NCBI GenBank assembly: GCA_950097015.1
Contig: CATNEN010000039.1
Coordinates: forward strand, 13,392,001 to 13,456,000
Origin: Macrostomum hystrix
Taxonomy: Eukaryota > Animalia > Platyhelminthes
DNA length: 64,000 nt
Reading direction: 5' to 3'
A program made the position numbers and the translations under genes. The notes below the pieces were generated by a model, which was not told the origin of the DNA, did no database searches, and saw only the letters and a list, made by a program, of their open reading frames with translations. Below, in pieces: positions 61,803 through 64,000 of this stretch (position 1 is the stretch's first letter; every line of letters begins with the position of its first letter).

Positions 61803-62948
61803 GTCCAATTACGCAAGCTTTGCGTTTCGCTCGATTGTTTCCTCGCGTTTGTCAGCGAATTTTGTGTATTTTTTGCTTATAAGTAGGATATTGTTTAAAA
61901 TTGAATTCTTGGAAGACAAATGGAGAACCCCTGTTTAAATTCTCTAGCACATAACAAATTTAAAAAAATACAAAGTCTCTAAGAATTTAAATAAAAATAT
62001 GATTTACCAGATATAGTTTCTAGTCAATAATCGTACTAGAAATTCTAGACTCTCCAGAATCTCTATATAATAATCAATATAAATTTTTCAAGATGCACAA
62101 GTCTTTAAAAATTAAAATCGATTAGATAATTTATCCATAGCAATAAATTAGTAAAATTGTTATAGCCTATTGTATATTTAGCTAAAATTCTGCTAAAAAG
62201 CTTTCTGTTTACTTTATATTATACCGATTTTTAAAAATAAAAACTTAGTAGTAAGTAGAATAAAATAAATCAGTATAAACTTTAAAATAATTTTTGAAGT
62301 TTTAGATTATAACTTTCTGAAGTTGCTAATATTTTAATTAAGTGATAAAATGATAATTTGATAAGCTTCTATGAAGTGTTATATTATATTTAAGTACAAT
62401 TTAGTTTGATTTTCGTAGGTAAAATACAGTAATAGTACAGATATAAAAATAAAAAAATATAAAGATAAGATAAGAATATACAGATAAGAATTAGAATATA
62501 AAGAATAAAAATATAAATATATAAAAATACAGATAATTTTTTGGCCCACATTTACTATGTGGGCATCACATTTTAGAAGTAGTTCTTGGAAGTAAACTAT
62601 TATAGTTAGTTAATTTTTTTCCTGCAACTATTCAACTTGTCAGTTTAAAATATAATTCAACTCCTCACTTAAGGTTCACTCTAATATGGGCAACTAAAGC
62701 CTCTAAATATATTTTTTAATTCAGTTTTGATTAGATAACTCGTTTCTAGTTTTATAGATATGAGTCTAATTTAAAATAAATTAAACTAGAAGTTTTGATT
62801 TAGGCTTTTTTCTCTATGAAATCTAAAAATGGTATGCAAATTTCATATGGAATGCCGCTTGGATTTTTCCAAATTTTTCACTAGAACACTACTCTTCAGT
62901 TAAATAATAATTCGGACACCTGAATCAGGCCCCACGCAGCATACGGCA

Positions 62949-63728
62949 ATGCTGGACGAGTGGGTCGAACCGAGCGACGTTTTCAACGTCAATACCAGGC
63001 AAGAGGATGACAATAGTCGCGACTTTGAACTGCTTGCCGCAGCAGCCAACGAAAATCAGAGACGGCGCGAAGAGACCCTGCGACGTCAGGCGGAAACAGA
63101 TTTTCTTGTTGGAGCGCTGCGTGAGTCTGAGCGCCTGCGATCTCTGGCCGCCAGTCCATCAGCCCCAAAGCATCAGCAGCAGCTACTTAACGGTCACGAC
63201 AATCTGGCATTCGCTGCGGACTGTGGCCCAGAGTTCGAGACGCCTTCCGAACAACTATTTCCTGACAACTATTATGACGAATTAGCTGACGACGATGTGG
63301 GCGATATCGGCGACTTTTTAAGACAATTACGCGGCGAAGACCCGGACGATATTTTGATGGAGACTGAGAAAACTGAGAAGCTCGATGATAAGAGTACAGA
63401 CGAGCAGAGGCTGGTACCCAACTGGCTAGCCCAGTTCCTCACTTCGGTTAAGTTCTCAGCTGTCTATGGTCTAACCCGGCGAGTGACCGACGCGGTCGAA
63501 GTTGCCATGTTTGGCGACCAGGACTCGTTTAGGGGCGCCGAGGCCCAGTTCAGTTCTGAAGCAGTGTCATCTGCGATAGGCAACGCTGGAGGTAGTAACG
63601 GAGCAACTGCCGAGCTGATCAGGCTGCTGAAGGAGCCCCACATGGTTGCACTGATGAGAGCCCACGATGAGGCTGCCATTTCTCTGGTGCCGCCGCCGCC
63701 GGAGTTGCCACAGCCCTGCTTGACAGTT
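62949..63728 (+). CDS. First coding exon of an L27-domain MAGUK p55-subfamily (MPP-like) gene; continues beyond the window
   Basis: L27 signature AELIRLLKEPHMVALMRAHDEAA, preceded by a possible first L27 (WLAQFLTSVKFSAVYGL). GTAAGG donor at 63729. The rest of the listed ORF is repeat-derived. Confidence 0.65.
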
Positions 63729-63775
63729 GTAAGGATTTGGGGATGGAGTGACGGGACTTTTAGGGAAAGAGTGTC

Positions 63776-63975
63776 GGGACTGTTCTGGAGAGTGGCCGGG
63801 GATTGTTCTGGAGAGTGGCCGGGGACTGTTCTGGAGAGTGGCCGGGGACTGTTCTGGAGAGTGGCCGGGGACTGTTCTGGAGAGTGGCCAGGGACTGTTC
63901 TGGAGAGTGGCCGGGGACTGTTCTGGAGAGTGGCCAGGGATTGTTCTGGAGAGTGGCCGGGGACTGTTCTGAAGA
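63776..63975. repeat. 23-bp minisatellite CTGTTCTGGAGAGTGGCCGGGGA
   Basis: About 8-9 tandem units in the intron. Confidence 0.95.
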
Positions 63976-64000
63976 GAGCATTGACGGATTAACGCCTATC

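Noticed and set aside
1811-63975. Tandem arrays as CRISPR arrays
   Set aside because: Units are contiguous with no unique spacers, there are no cas genes, and the context is eukaryotic.
63729-63992. C-terminal part of the 347-aa ORF
   Set aside because: Lies after a GTAAGG donor and is translated 23-bp repeat, so it is intronic.

Overview
Eukaryotic (metazoan) genomic DNA with GT-AG introns; no prokaryotic features, CRISPR arrays or rRNA were seen. Gene style, abundant 7-26 bp minisatellites and very short introns suggest a free-living flatworm such as Macrostomum (inference only). Seven spliced genes were reconstructed by hand with consistent exon phases: a secreted WSC+PAN/apple protein (-), an EPHX3/4-type epoxide hydrolase (-), a degenerate class A GPCR (+), an ankyrin-repeat TRP channel with a TRPM-like core (+), a 7-EC protocadherin (-), a harmonin-N+PDZ whirlin/PDZD7-like scaffold (-) and the first exon of an L27 MAGUK (+). 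Repeats include an inverted pair of LTR-like elements bracketing the WSC-PAN gene, a second LTR-like family, two tRNA-derived SINE families, a DUF3504/Crypton-like relic, a 55-bp P/hAT-type MITE and about 17 minisatellite arrays. The main leads are the ankyrin-TRPM chimeric channel, the inverted LTR pair, a 24-26 bp satellite family and SINEs oriented with host-gene transcription, and a possible sensory gene neighbourhood. All family assignments come from motif recognition, not database searches.
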